This document shows positions 50,937 through 60,880 of a stretch of DNA of 64,000 nucleotides, piece by piece. The stretch's first letter is position 1; the number at the start of each line of letters is the position of its first letter. The notes beneath the pieces are model-generated. The model was not told the origin of the DNA, made no database searches, and saw nothing but the letters and a program-made list of their open reading frames with translations. The DNA comes from Candidatus Spongiisociaceae bacterium (GTDB lineage Bacteria > Actinomycetota > Acidimicrobiia > Spongiisociales > Spongiisociaceae), in contig OZ241841.1 in the NCBI GenBank assembly GCA_965202665.1, positions 128,001 through 192,000 of the forward strand. Reading direction: 5' to 3'. The translations under genes and the position numbers were made by a program.

Positions 50937-51662
50937 TCAACCCGCCCGGTAGGCGGCCCGTATCGCCGCCGCCTGCTCGTCGGACAGCCGCTTGACCGCT
51001 TCCCGCACCGTCACCCCCGACGCCCGGCCCGCCCGGGGCAGCAGCCACTCAAACACCATATCCGGACGCAGACGGGCGGCGTCCCGCAACACCCAGCCGA
51101 TCGCCTTGCGGATGAAAAACTCCCGTTCGGGCAACATGCGGTCGGCCAGGGAGGCGAACCGCTCCCACTCCCCCCTACCGGCCCGCAACCCTTTCAGATG
51201 GGACAGCAAGGCCGCCCGCCGCATCCAGAAATCATCGTCCGCCCCCCAACGTTCCACCACCCGGTCGGCGTCGGGGAGGCGCTCCAACAGCGGCCCGGCG
51301 GCGTGCACCGCCAGATTGTCCAGCAAAACCCAGGTTCGCGACTCCCGCAGCATCCGCTCCACCGCCGGCAAAGCGGACGGCTCCAGAAGCGGTTCTTTCA
51401 TTCGGAGCAGGACGGCGGCCGCGGCCCGCATTTCGTGCACCGGCCGCTCCCACAAAGCCCGGGCCGCCCCCAGCGCGTCCCGCTGGGAGTCGAATCCGAA
51501 CTGCTTGCTCCACTTTTTCACCGAACGGGCGATGTGCGGAACGGGAACCCCGTAATGGAGCAGCGAACTTTTCAAATAGCCTTTTTCGAACTCGGCCCGT
51601 TCCGCCCCGCCCAAATCCCGCAGAACGGCTTCCAGTTGCGCGGCCGCCTCCCCGTAGTCCAT
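50937..51662 (-). CDS. AlkD-like DNA alkylation repair protein
   Basis: YLKS, YGV..P, W...D, DFWMRR, EFFIRKAIGWVLR, REA.K. Confidence 0.87.
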   Translation of the reverse strand: MDYGEAAAQLEAVLRDLGGAERAEFEKGYLKSSLLHYGVPVPHIARSVKKWSKQFGFDSQRDALGAARALWERPVHEMRAAAAVLLRMKEPLLEPSALPAVERMLRESRTWVLLDNLAVHAAGPLLERLPDADRVVERWGADDDFWMRRAALLSHLKGLRAGRGEWERFASLADRMLPEREFFIRKAIGWVLRDAARLRPDMVFEWLLPRAGRASGVTVREAVKRLSDEQAAAIRAAYRAG

Positions 51663-51711
51663 GGCCCGCCCCTTTACCGGGCGCCGGAGGGGGTTCCGTC
51701 CGGGGCGGGAC

Positions 51712-52413
51712 TCACAGGCCGCTCAACCGGCCCAACGGCCATAGGCGCAGAAAAGCCCGTCCCACCACGTCGTCCAGCGGCACCGGACCGAACCGGCGGC
51801 TGTCGAAACTGTTGTTGCGGTTGTCCCCCATCACCCAAACGTGGCCCGCCGGTACGATCACCTCCCGCTGGTCGGCCATCGTGAAACCCGAATTCAAATA
51901 CGATTCTTGGACGGGCGTCCCGTTCACCATCACCCGGTTGCCGCGGATGCCCACCCGGTCGCCCTCCACCGCGATGACCCGTTTGATTAAATCTTGGATG
52001 TCGCTGGTGCTCAGGCCCAGTGCCTCCAGGATGTTGCGTCGCACCGTCTGGAAAAAGGTTTCCTCCCGGGGCAGGGCGGACGGATCTTTGAAAACAATCA
52101 CATCCCCCGGCCCCGGTTCGTCGAAGGTGAAGGCCACTTTGCTGACCAGCACCCGTTCGTTGGCCCCCAAAGTGGGGAACATGGACAGGGTGGGAATGTA
52201 GAAAGCCTGCAGGAAAAAAGTTTTGATGATGATCACCAGCGCCAAAGCGGTTATCACCACCATCGTCACTTCCCGCAAAAACCGCAGGCAGCCGAAGCGG
52301 AGGCCCATTTCCGTCAAATCCTCCGGCGGCCCGGTTTCGTCCCGGGCGGCCCGCCTCGGAGGAGCGGGGGGCGGATCCGAGGGGGGGATGTGGGAATGGT
52401 CGATTATGGACAT
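51712..52413 (-). CDS. lepB: Signal peptidase I
   Basis: IPTLSMFPTL, LIKRVIA, MGDNRNNSFDSRRFG. Confidence 0.94.
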   Translation of the reverse strand: MSIIDHSHIPPSDPPPAPPRRAARDETGPPEDLTEMGLRFGCLRFLREVTMVVITALALVIIIKTFFLQAFYIPTLSMFPTLGANERVLVSKVAFTFDEPGPGDVIVFKDPSALPREETFFQTVRRNILEALGLSTSDIQDLIKRVIAVEGDRVGIRGNRVMVNGTPVQESYLNSGFTMADQREVIVPAGHVWVMGDNRNNSFDSRRFGPVPLDDVVGRAFLRLWPLGRLSGL

Positions 52414-52458
52414 CTTCGCGGGCTTTCCAGGACTTTCAGCCCGGCCGGGGAACGGGGA

Positions 52459-52800
52459 TCAGCGGCGCTCCTTGATGCGGGCCGCCCGCCCGGTCCTCTC
52501 CCGAAGATAGTACAGTTTGGCCCGGCGCACCGCCCCCCGCCGGGTCACCTCGATGCGGGAAATAATGGGAGCGTGCAACGGGAACACCCTTTCCACCCCG
52601 ATCCCGAAACTGATTTTGCGGACGGTGAAAGTTTCCGACAATCCCCCTCCGTCCCGGGCGATCACCACCCCTTCGAACACCTGCACCCGTTCCCGGCCGC
52701 CTTCCACCACCCGCACATGCACCCGCAAATTGTCGCCCGGACCGAATTCGGGTACGTCGTCGCGCAGGTGGGACCGCTCTACATGCTGGAGGTAGTTCAT
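52459..52800 (-). CDS. rplS: 50S ribosomal protein L19
   Basis: [25 protein letters not shown]. Confidence 0.97.
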   Translation of the reverse strand: MNYLQHVERSHLRDDVPEFGPGDNLRVHVRVVEGGRERVQVFEGVVIARDGGGLSETFTVRKISFGIGVERVFPLHAPIISRIEVTRRGAVRRAKLYYLRERTGRAARIKERR

Positions 52801-52974
52801 GGGAGTTCCTTAGGCTTGGGGTTTAGATTATTAGCTTAATAGTCGGGCTGATAGTCCAACGGACGCAGTCGTTCACCCCGCGAAGATGTTAGTTCATCGG
52901 GGACGGAACCCCCATACTACCCCGTCCGCCCGTTTATCCGCCAAATTTCCCGGCCGCGCCCCCGGTCGCCGAAC

Positions 52975-53649
52975 CTAGTCGGCGGACGGGAGCGGCAGGT
53001 CGGGGCGGCGGGCGGCGGTGCGCAACCGCCGTTGCTCCCTCCGCCAAGCGGCGATCCGGGCGTGGTCGCCGGACAGGAGAACTTCGGGAACCCGGCATCC
53101 CTCGAATTCGGCCGGGCGGGTGTACTGCGGCTCCTCCAGCAGGCCCTCCCGGAAGGATTCGGTGCGGACCGACTGCGGGTTGCCCAGCACCCCGGGCAAC
53201 AGGCGGGCCGCCCCTTCGATGACGGCCGCCGCGGCCGCCTCCCCCCCGGCCAGCACGAAGTCGCCCAACGAAACCTCTTCGTCTATGTAGCCTTGCGCGA
53301 ACCGCTCATCCACCCCCTCGTAACGTCCGCACACCAAAGTCAGGTTGCGGCTTTCGGCCCAATCATCCAGCGCCGCCTGGTCCAAAGGGCGGCCGGCGGG
53401 GGTGAGCAGCACCCGGCGGGAGTCCTCCCGTCCGGCCATGGCCGCCGCCAAAGGACCCGCCATCAGCACCATACCCGCCCCTCCTCCGAAAGGGGCGTCG
53501 TCCACCTGCCGGTGGGGGCCGACCCCGAACTCCCTCAGGTCGGCCAACTCCACCCGCAACGCCCCCGACCGGATCGCCTTGGCCGTCGCCCCCACCGCCA
53601 GCGGACCCTGGAAGAAAGCGGGGAAAAGGGTGACGACGCACACCCGCAT
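52975..53649 (-). CDS. trmD: tRNA (guanine37-N1)-methyltransferase
   Basis: VDDAPFGGGAGM, CGRYEGVDER, SLGDFVLAGGE, PQYTRP. Start ATG 53649 (or 53718). Confidence 0.95.
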   Translation of the reverse strand: MRVCVVTLFPAFFQGPLAVGATAKAIRSGALRVELADLREFGVGPHRQVDDAPFGGGAGMVLMAGPLAAAMAGREDSRRVLLTPAGRPLDQAALDDWAESRNLTLVCGRYEGVDERFAQGYIDEEVSLGDFVLAGGEAAAAAVIEGAARLLPGVLGNPQSVRTESFREGLLEEPQYTRPAEFEGCRVPEVLLSGDHARIAAWRREQRRLRTAARRPDLPLPSAD

Positions 53650-53686
53650 AGGCTCCCCGCCCGCCGGGGGGGCGCCGGGGGCGGGA

Positions 53687-55624
53687 TCAGACGCGGGCCG
53701 GGACGGCGACCGGCTCATACAGGGTGTTGCGACGGCGGGGAATGCGCCCCAGGGAGAGAATCAACTCTTCGAAACGCCCCCCGTCCACTTCTTGGCCGTG
53801 GGAGGCCCCCGCCGCCCGGGAAATGGTTTCGTTCATCAAAGTGCCGCCCAAATCGTTGCATCCCGCCTCCAGCAACCGGGCGCCTCCCTCCAGCCCCAGT
53901 TTCACCCAGGAAGCCTGGATGTTGGGGATCAGCCCGTCGAAGGCCAGGCGGGCCGCGGCGTGCACCAGAACCACCTCGTCCCAGGTGGGACCGGGCCGGG
54001 CCCGGCCCCGCAGGTAGATGGGGGCGGCCATGTGCACGAACGGCAACGGCACGAACTCGGTGAAACCGCCGGTGCGGCGCTGTATTTCCCGCAACGTCTC
54101 AAAATGGTTGGCCCACGCCGCCGGATCGTCGATGTGGCCGAACATTATGGTGGCCGTGGAGCGCAGGCCCAGATCGTGGGCGGTGAGCATCACCTCCGCC
54201 CACTGGGCGGTGCGTATCTTGTCGGGGCACAAGTGCTTCCGCACCCGGTCGTCCAGAATTTCGGCCGCGGTGCCCGGCAAAGTGCCCAGCCCGGCCCCGG
54301 CCAGCATTTCCAGAAAAGCCCGCACCGGCATCCCCAGGGTTTCCGCCCCCTGCCACACTTCCAGCGGCGTGAACCCGTGCACGTGCATGTCGGGCGCGGC
54401 CCGTTTGATGGCCTCCAACACATCGACGTAGAACCTTCCGGTGAACTCGGGATGGATGCCCCCCTGCAGGCACACTTCGGTGGCCCCCCGCTCCGCCGCC
54501 TCCAAAGTGCGCTCCACCACCTCCTCCACGCTCATCAGATAAGGGTCGCCCCGCAGGTTGAGGCTGCGGGGGCCTTTGGAGAAGGCGCAGAACCCGCACC
54601 GGAAATAGCAGATGTTGGTGTAGTTGATGTTGCGGTTCACCACATAGGTGACCTCCTCCCCCACCCGCTGGGAGCGCAACCGGTCGGCCGCCCAGGCCAC
54701 CGCGTCCACATCCCGGCCGCGGGCGGACAGTAACCGGGCGACTTCGGCCGTCGACGGGGGCGTCCCCTGCAGGGAGTTCTCCAAAACGGCCCGCACCGGC
54801 CGGGAGGCATCCTCCAAGCCGCCTCCCTCCGCCCCGCTCCAAGCGGCGTCCGGCCAGGCGGCGGAGAAACGGCGCGGGTTGAGGGGGGGCGGCAGGGGGG
54901 CGCCGGGGGCCCAGGAATAGCGGGGGCGGGCGAACCCGGAGCCGTCCGCCTGGTCCAGGTAAACCTTGAACAGGGCGGGCGGCAACTCCCGCCGCGCCTC
55001 GTCCACCGGCAGGCCGGGGGGGAATGCGGTGCGTTCCTCCAACGCCAACGGCTCCGGCTCCGCGGCCAGGGCGTCCCGCAACTGGCCGATCCGCTCCGCG
55101 TCCCAGTCCCGCAACAGTAAATCGCCCGCACCGGCCCGCACCGCCGCCAAACCGTCCGGGACCGAATCGGCGAACACCGAAACCCGGGCCCGGATGGCGG
55201 GCAGTCCGGCCAGCTCCGCCGCCTCCGCCGCCCGGCTGCGGCCGGTGCGCAGAAAGGCGGCTTCAGCGCGGGCCAAAGCGTCGATGGCCGCCGCCCGATC
55301 CCCGCCGTGCGTCACCGAAAGGCGCCATCCGGGGACGCCTTGCTCCGACAATTCCACAGCGGCCGCGGGCGGGACCACCCAGGCGGCAACCTCCGTCTCC
55401 CCCCCGGCCGGGCCGTCCTTTCCCACCGGCAACACCCCTCCCGCCAGGCAGGCGTCGGCCGCCTCCGGGCCGGGCCGCTCCAGTTCCACGGCGGTGGTGC
55501 CCTCCGCCCGGCGGGTGCGGGCCCCCTCTTCGGTCATCTCCGCCGCGGGGCGCACCCGCAGAAAAGTTATTACCGTCCGTTGCGGGCCGTCGCCGGCGTC
55601 AGGTTGGAAAAAATTGGCCGTCAC
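53687..55624 (-). CDS. cofH: FO synthase subunit CofH with a ~280-aa degenerate CofG-like N-terminal domain
   Basis: C-terminal YVVNRNINYTNICYFRCGFCAF, EVCLQGG, PGTAAEIL, NIQASWVKLG, NDLGGTLMNETISR. Confidence 0.9.
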   Translation of the reverse strand: MTANFFQPDAGDGPQRTVITFLRVRPAAEMTEEGARTRRAEGTTAVELERPGPEAADACLAGGVLPVGKDGPAGGETEVAAWVVPPAAAVELSEQGVPGWRLSVTHGGDRAAAIDALARAEAAFLRTGRSRAAEAAELAGLPAIRARVSVFADSVPDGLAAVRAGAGDLLLRDWDAERIGQLRDALAAEPEPLALEERTAFPPGLPVDEARRELPPALFKVYLDQADGSGFARPRYSWAPGAPLPPPLNPRRFSAAWPDAAWSGAEGGGLEDASRPVRAVLENSLQGTPPSTAEVARLLSARGRDVDAVAWAADRLRSQRVGEEVTYVVNRNINYTNICYFRCGFCAFSKGPRSLNLRGDPYLMSVEEVVERTLEAAERGATEVCLQGGIHPEFTGRFYVDVLEAIKRAAPDMHVHGFTPLEVWQGAETLGMPVRAFLEMLAGAGLGTLPGTAAEILDDRVRKHLCPDKIRTAQWAEVMLTAHDLGLRSTATIMFGHIDDPAAWANHFETLREIQRRTGGFTEFVPLPFVHMAAPIYLRGRARPGPTWDEVVLVHAAARLAFDGLIPNIQASWVKLGLEGGARLLEAGCNDLGGTLMNETISRAAGASHGQEVDGGRFEELILSLGRIPRRRNTLYEPVAVPARV

Positions 55625-56763
55625 GCGTACTCCCGTTCTCTCTCCCGCACCAGAGCGTAGCCGCGCCGGTCGCCGGCCCCCCTGACTTTATCCAGCAAGC
55701 CGGGGGCGATCCACTCCCCGGTCGCAAACTCGGGATAAACCGGCAACCGGGGGACCAACTCGAACCCGGCGGCGGCGGTGCGGGCGGCCAGCTCGTCCAG
55801 GTGCGGCCAGGGGGCCTCCGGGTTCACCCAGTCGATGGTCAAAGGGGACACCCCGCCCCAGTCGTTGATCCCCGCCTGCAGATACGACTCGTAACTTTCC
55901 GTCAGGTTGGGCGGAACCTGCAGGTTGACCTCCGGCCCCATTATCCAGCGGGCGGCCGCTACCGTCCGGGCGAACCAGGCCGGAACCGGTTCCGCGGCGC
56001 GGCGCATGCGGGTGTCGGCTTTGGCCCGGAAGTTCTGCACGATCACCTCCTGGATGTGCCCGTAGCGTCGGCTGAGGCCGCGCAGGGCCAGCAGGCTGTC
56101 CACGATCTCGGAGGGGGTTTCCCCGATGCCCACCAGAATACCGGTGGTGAAAGCCACCCGGGAACGGCCCGCCGCCTCCAAAACGGCCATCCTGGTGCGC
56201 GGGTCCTTGTCCGGGCATTCGAAGTGGGGCATGCCCGGCTCCATGAGACGCGGGGAAATGTTTTCCAGCATCATCCCCATGGAAACGTTGGTCGGGCGCA
56301 GGGCCAGCAGTTCCGGCTCGGACATCACCCCCGGGTTGGCGTGCGGAAAAAGGGCCGTCTCCTCCGCTATCAGCCGGGAAATGGCAACCACGTACTCCAT
56401 GGTGGTTTCGCATCCCCGCTCCGCTAAAAACTCCCGGGCCTGCGGCCAGCGCAGTTCGGGGCGGTCGCCCAAAGTGAGCAGGGCCTCGGTGCATCCGGCC
56501 GCCTCCCCCGCCCGGACGATGGACAGAACCTCCTCCGGGGTCAGAAACTGGCCGCCCGCCCCCGGCGGTTTGGCGAAGGTGCAGTAGGCGCAGGTGTCCC
56601 GGCACAGGGTGGTGAGCGGCACGAACACCTTCCGGCTGTAAGTGACGATGCGCCCTTTGCCCTGATCGCGCAAATCCCGGGCGCAACGGAAAAGGGGGGC
56701 GGGGTCGGCGGAGCCGTCTAAGTAGGCGACGGCCAAGTCGCGATCGACGGGGGGATGAGCCAT
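55621..56763 (-). CDS. cofG: FO synthase subunit CofG
   Basis: VTYSRKVFVPLTTLCRDTCAYCTF, PHANPG, FTTGILVGIGE, QEVIVQNF, QVPPNL, DWGGVSP. Confidence 0.92.
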   Translation of the reverse strand: MAHPPVDRDLAVAYLDGSADPAPLFRCARDLRDQGKGRIVTYSRKVFVPLTTLCRDTCAYCTFAKPPGAGGQFLTPEEVLSIVRAGEAAGCTEALLTLGDRPELRWPQAREFLAERGCETTMEYVVAISRLIAEETALFPHANPGVMSEPELLALRPTNVSMGMMLENISPRLMEPGMPHFECPDKDPRTRMAVLEAAGRSRVAFTTGILVGIGETPSEIVDSLLALRGLSRRYGHIQEVIVQNFRAKADTRMRRAAEPVPAWFARTVAAARWIMGPEVNLQVPPNLTESYESYLQAGINDWGGVSPLTIDWVNPEAPWPHLDELAARTAAAGFELVPRLPVYPEFATGEWIAPGLLDKVRGAGDRRGYALVREREREYA

Positions 56764-56841
56764 TGCCCCCAAATATACCAGAGGGGGACGGCCGCCCGCC
56801 GGTCATAGGTCGCAGGTCATAGGGTCTTGTAAAATGACGAT

Positions 56842-57807
56842 ATGAAGATGACGCGGACGCGCAGATTATGGCTTGTGACGGCAACGGCGCGGCTGTTGAC
56901 CCTGTTGGCCCTTTTGACGACACTGGCCTGCGGACAGGAGGCCGCCGACCCCCCCGCCTCCGATGTCGCGCCAACCACCTCCGCCGCCCCCGCTACCTCC
57001 GCCGCCCCCGCACCCGCCACCGTTGCGACCTTGGCCGAGATTGCGACCACCGCCCAGGCCCCCCCGCCGCCGGTGTGCGGCGGACCGGGCGACGGGTTCG
57101 TCTCCGAAGGCTTGGTCGCCTGGCTGGGATCCGCCAACGGGGACGCCTCCCACGTTTCCGGCATTTTCCTGGAACAGGTGGAAGAATGCGAGCGGCTGCG
57201 GGTGACGTTGACCGCGGCCGGCGGAGCCCCGGCCACCGCCCTGCCGCTGGCGGAAGTGGAACTGATCCCCGAAGCCGGCCTGCTGCGGGCCCGTTTCGAC
57301 CCGGAAGTGTGGAGCACCTCCATCACTGACACCCTGCTGGAAGGGGAACTAGTGGAACGGGTGTACGTGGTGCGGGGCTTGGACGGACGCAAGTTCGTGG
57401 ACGTCCACCTGTCCGAAGGGGTGGACGCCCGGGCCATGGCCGGCGACGACCCTTCGCATGTGCTCATAGACTTCCGGCGCAACGACGCCCCGCTCGCCTC
57501 CCGGCCCGCCGTCTCCCGATTCACGGTGGTTACCGGCCCGACGGGGGGACGGGCCTCCTATCCCATCGCCGTGAACGGCTACTCCCGCACTTTTGAAGCC
57601 AACGTGGTCGGGTTCGTAACCCGCAACGGCGAAGACGGGGAAACCTACTTCACGTCCGCCGCCGACTACATAGCAACCTGGGGGGAGTTCCGACTGGCGG
57701 TGGAGGACGGACCCGCCGGGGAAGCGGTCCTGAACGTGGGCGACTACGACGCGGAAGACGGCGAATGGCAGGGGGTGGCGATCAACCTGACGGTTGGCAA
57801 TGGTTAA
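56842..57807 (+). CDS. Putative lipoprotein with C-terminal Gmad2-like Ig domain
   Basis: Lipobox LAC, Ala/Pro/Thr linker, V.G.SRTFEANV motif near the C-terminus. Confidence 0.68.
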   Translation: MKMTRTRRLWLVTATARLLTLLALLTTLACGQEAADPPASDVAPTTSAAPATSAAPAPATVATLAEIATTAQAPPPPVCGGPGDGFVSEGLVAWLGSANGDASHVSGIFLEQVEECERLRVTLTAAGGAPATALPLAEVELIPEAGLLRARFDPEVWSTSITDTLLEGELVERVYVVRGLDGRKFVDVHLSEGVDARAMAGDDPSHVLIDFRRNDAPLASRPAVSRFTVVTGPTGGRASYPIAVNGYSRTFEANVVGFVTRNGEDGETYFTSAADYIATWGEFRLAVEDGPAGEAVLNVGDYDAEDGEWQGVAINLTVGNG

Positions 57808-57819
57808 ACCGGCGCCCCT

Positions 57820-58368
57820 TTAGCCGTCCGGGGAGGGGAACAACCCCGGGAAGTCCTCCATCCGCAGCCACCCCCCGGCCAGGTTTATCTCCGGTATCAG
57901 CGACTCCACGAACGGAACCTCCCCCACCGACCCGTCCCGGCGGGTTACCACCAGGCGGTCCTGGCGGCCCGTCACCATATCGGTGACCCGCCCGATTTCC
58001 TCCTCCCCCATCCGCACCGCCAACCCCACCAGGCTGTCCGGCCAGAACTCCCCCGGCCCCAGGGCCCGCCGCTCCTGCGGCCTGATCCACAATTCGCGTC
58101 CCATAAGGCGGGCCGCCGCCCGCCTGGTGGTCACCCCGGCGAAGGAAACTATCAGGCCTTTGGGACCGGGACGGGCGGTACGCAACACCAAGGTGGGGAA
58201 CTCCGGATGGTCGGTGTGGAAAGAAGCCGGAGGTTGGAAACGCTGCGGGAAGTCGGAGTCGGGGCGTACCGCCACCTCGCCGCCCGTCCCGTGCGGACGG
58301 CCGATGCGCCCCACCGCCACCCGCGCACGCCCCCCGTCCGCCGGCCCGGGGCGGCCGGTTTCAGTCAA
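57820..58368 (-). CDS. rimM: Ribosome maturation factor RimM
   Basis: VGRIGRPHG..GEV, EFW..SLVGL, VPFV. Confidence 0.92.
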   Translation of the reverse strand: MTETGRPGPADGGRARVAVGRIGRPHGTGGEVAVRPDSDFPQRFQPPASFHTDHPEFPTLVLRTARPGPKGLIVSFAGVTTRRAAARLMGRELWIRPQERRALGPGEFWPDSLVGLAVRMGEEEIGRVTDMVTGRQDRLVVTRRDGSVGEVPFVESLIPEINLAGGWLRMEDFPGLFPSPDG

Positions 58369-58609
58369 CGAAGTCGACCCGGGAGGTCAGTCCTTCCTCT
58401 TCGGCGGCCGCTTGGGCCACCGACCGGATGGCGCGGGCCACCCGGCCGCCGCGGCCTATCACCCGCCCCATCTCGGAGCGGGCCGTTCTCACCTCGGCCG
58501 CCACCTCGTCGGGGCCGCGGTCCACCATGGCGATCTCCACCGAATCGGCGTCGTCCACGATCTCCGTCACCACGTACCGGACCACCCGTTCCACTATTTC
58601 GCCGCTCAT
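58361..58609 (-). CDS. khpA: KH-domain RNA-binding protein KhpA
   Basis: [16 protein letters not shown]; between rpsP and rimM. Confidence 0.9.
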   Translation of the reverse strand: MSGEIVERVVRYVVTEIVDDADSVEIAMVDRGPDEVAAEVRTARSEMGRVIGRGGRVARAIRSVAQAAAEEEGLTSRVDFVD

Positions 58610-59274
58610 ATCGCTTTCTCTTCTTTCTCTTGTGTGTCTTTTACTTCTTGTGCGTCTTGCGTCTGTTCAGTCGGCTCGGCTGAAGCCTCCGGGGGGTCCT
58701 CCCCGACCGGCCGGGGAGCGGGCTCCCCGGCGTCAAAGGCCTCCTCCGCAACCTCGGTTTCCTCGGTTTCCTCTGCTTCTTTTGCTTCGTCCATCGGGGA
58801 GGGCTCCGGGGAATCCGCGGGCTCTGCGGGAACCTCCCCGCCAGCCTCCGGTTGCGTTTCCGACTGCTCCGCGGCGGGTTCTTCCCTGATTGCTTGGGTT
58901 TCCTGGGATTCCGCCTTGGTTTCCTCCTGGGATTCCACCGCCTCCTGCCCAACGGGCTTCTCCGCGGCGGGCGGGGCGGGCGGCGGGTCGTCGTCCAAGC
59001 GGTAGACGCCGCTGCGGGACACTTTGGCCCGGGCCACCGCCCCGGAAATCTCCAAGAGTTTCCTCACCCGGTCGGTGGGCTGGGCGCCGGTGGACAGCCA
59101 ATACTGCGCCCGCTCGTTGTCGATTTCCACCAGCGACGGCTCCTGCCGGGGGTCGTAACGGCCCAGCCGTTCAATGATGCGCCCGTCGCGGGGAGAGCGG
59201 GAGTCGGCCACCACCACCCGGTAGGTGGGTTGCTTCTTCTTGCCCATTCTTTTCAGGCGGATTTTGACCGCCAT
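58606..59274 (-). CDS. rpsP: 30S ribosomal protein S16 with long acidic C-terminal extension
   Basis: [37 protein letters not shown]. Confidence 0.96.
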   Translation of the reverse strand: MAVKIRLKRMGKKKQPTYRVVVADSRSPRDGRIIERLGRYDPRQEPSLVEIDNERAQYWLSTGAQPTDRVRKLLEISGAVARAKVSRSGVYRLDDDPPPAPPAAEKPVGQEAVESQEETKAESQETQAIREEPAAEQSETQPEAGGEVPAEPADSPEPSPMDEAKEAEETEETEVAEEAFDAGEPAPRPVGEDPPEASAEPTEQTQDAQEVKDTQEKEEKAI

Positions 59275-59277
59275 GGA

Positions 59278-60720
59278 TCACCTCTTTTTCTTGTGCTGTT
59301 TTTTCGGGGTGCGGGGTTTGCCGCCCGTAGGACGCGCCTCCCGCCGCACCGCTGGCTGGCGCCGCCGTCCGCGGCCCAAAGGCCGGGGAAGGCCCCGCTC
59401 TTCTCCGGGCCAGCCGAAGTCGGGGGCTTCGTCCCCGATCACGGCGGGCAGCATTTTGCGCATTTTGTCAAACTGCCGCAACATGGCCGACACTTCCTGA
59501 ACCGAAGTTCCGGAGCCGGCGGCGATGCGGCGACGGCGGCTGCCGTCTATCAGTTTAGGGTTTTTTCGTTCGGACGGGGTCATGGAGAAGATGATGGCCT
59601 CCGTACGCCGCGACTCCCGCTCCGCCGCCTCCACATCCACCGACGCGGAATGCCTGCCCGGTAGCATACCAGCCAACTCGCTCAAAGAGCCCATTCGGCG
59701 CATGCCGTTGATCTGAAACAGGTAATCATCCAAAGTGAGTTCGGCCCGCATCACCCGCCCGGCGACTTGCTTGGCCCGATCCACCTCCACCGCCTGTTGC
59801 GCTTTTTCGATGATGCCCATAAAGTCCCCCATGCCCAGAATGCGGGAGGCCATCCGCTTGGGATGAAAGATTTCCAGGTCCGACGGGCGCTCCCCCACCC
59901 CGGCCAGTTTGATGGGCTTGCCGGTCGTTTCCCGCACCGAGATGGCGGCCCCGCCCCGGGCGTCCCCATCCAGTTTGGAGAGGAGCACCCCGGTGAAGGA
60001 GGCGTATTCCAGGAAACCGAGGGCGGTGCGCACCGCGTCCTGGCCGGTCATGGCGTCCAACACCAGCAACGTTTCCTGCGGATTGGCGACGGCGGCGATG
60101 CGGGACAACTCGTCCATCAGCGGACGGTCGACGGTCACGCGCCCGGCGGTGTCCACGATCATCACATCCAACCCGTTCGCATCGTCGGAGACATGGGCCA
60201 GGGCCCGTTTCACCAGCCGAACCGGGTCTTTAGCGGCGGCGGTGAAAACCGGCACCTCCATCTGCTCCCCCAGGCGGCGCAGTTGCTCCACCGCCGCCGG
60301 ACGTTGCAGATCGGCGGCCGCCAACAGCGGGCGGCGCCCCTGGTTGCGCAAGTACCAGGCCAACTTGGCGGCGGAGGTGGTTTTGCCGGAACCTTGCAGT
60401 CCGACCAGCATCATCACGGTCGGCCCCCGGCCGGCGAAAAGAAGGGGTTCGGCCTCCTCCCCCAGGGTGGTGGCCAGCGACTCGCTGACCAGTTTCACCA
60501 CTTGCATGCCGGGGGCGAGGCTTTTCATCACCTCCGACCCCACCGCCCGCTCCCGGATTCTCCCCAGCATCCCATCCGCCACCCCCGCTTCCACATCGGC
60601 TTCCAGCAGGGCGGTGCGGATGTCGGCCAAAGTCCGGTCCACTTCGGCGGCGGACAGCCGGCCCCGGCCCCGCAACCGGTTGAACACCCCTTCCATGCGG
60701 GCGGACAGGGTTTCGAACAT
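59278..60720 (-). CDS. ffh: Signal recognition particle protein Ffh
   Basis: GLQGSGKTT, DTAGR, DGDARGG, RMASRILGMGD, SRRRRIAAGSG. Start ATG 60720. Confidence 0.96.
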   Translation of the reverse strand: MFETLSARMEGVFNRLRGRGRLSAAEVDRTLADIRTALLEADVEAGVADGMLGRIRERAVGSEVMKSLAPGMQVVKLVSESLATTLGEEAEPLLFAGRGPTVMMLVGLQGSGKTTSAAKLAWYLRNQGRRPLLAAADLQRPAAVEQLRRLGEQMEVPVFTAAAKDPVRLVKRALAHVSDDANGLDVMIVDTAGRVTVDRPLMDELSRIAAVANPQETLLVLDAMTGQDAVRTALGFLEYASFTGVLLSKLDGDARGGAAISVRETTGKPIKLAGVGERPSDLEIFHPKRMASRILGMGDFMGIIEKAQQAVEVDRAKQVAGRVMRAELTLDDYLFQINGMRRMGSLSELAGMLPGRHSASVDVEAAERESRRTEAIIFSMTPSERKNPKLIDGSRRRRIAAGSGTSVQEVSAMLRQFDKMRKMLPAVIGDEAPDFGWPGEERGLPRPLGRGRRRQPAVRREARPTGGKPRTPKKQHKKKR

Positions 60721-60880
60721 CAGAGGGTCCTCCGTGGCGGGTACGCGGCGGTTACTTGGCATCCGAGGTTACCGCACCCCGCCGCCTATCGGAACGGCGC
60801 CCCCGGCGGGCGGGGACTCCGGTTAGCCGGTAAGGTAGGGGGGACAGCGGTCGGCAACCGGGACGGGACGGGTAACGGGT

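Noticed and set aside
51689-52913. 13-bp inverted repeat GGGGGTTCCGTCC flanking lepB-rplS (invertible segment?)
   Set aside because: Short and GC-rich, no recombinase nearby, and gene order is the standard rplS-lepB; probably chance.
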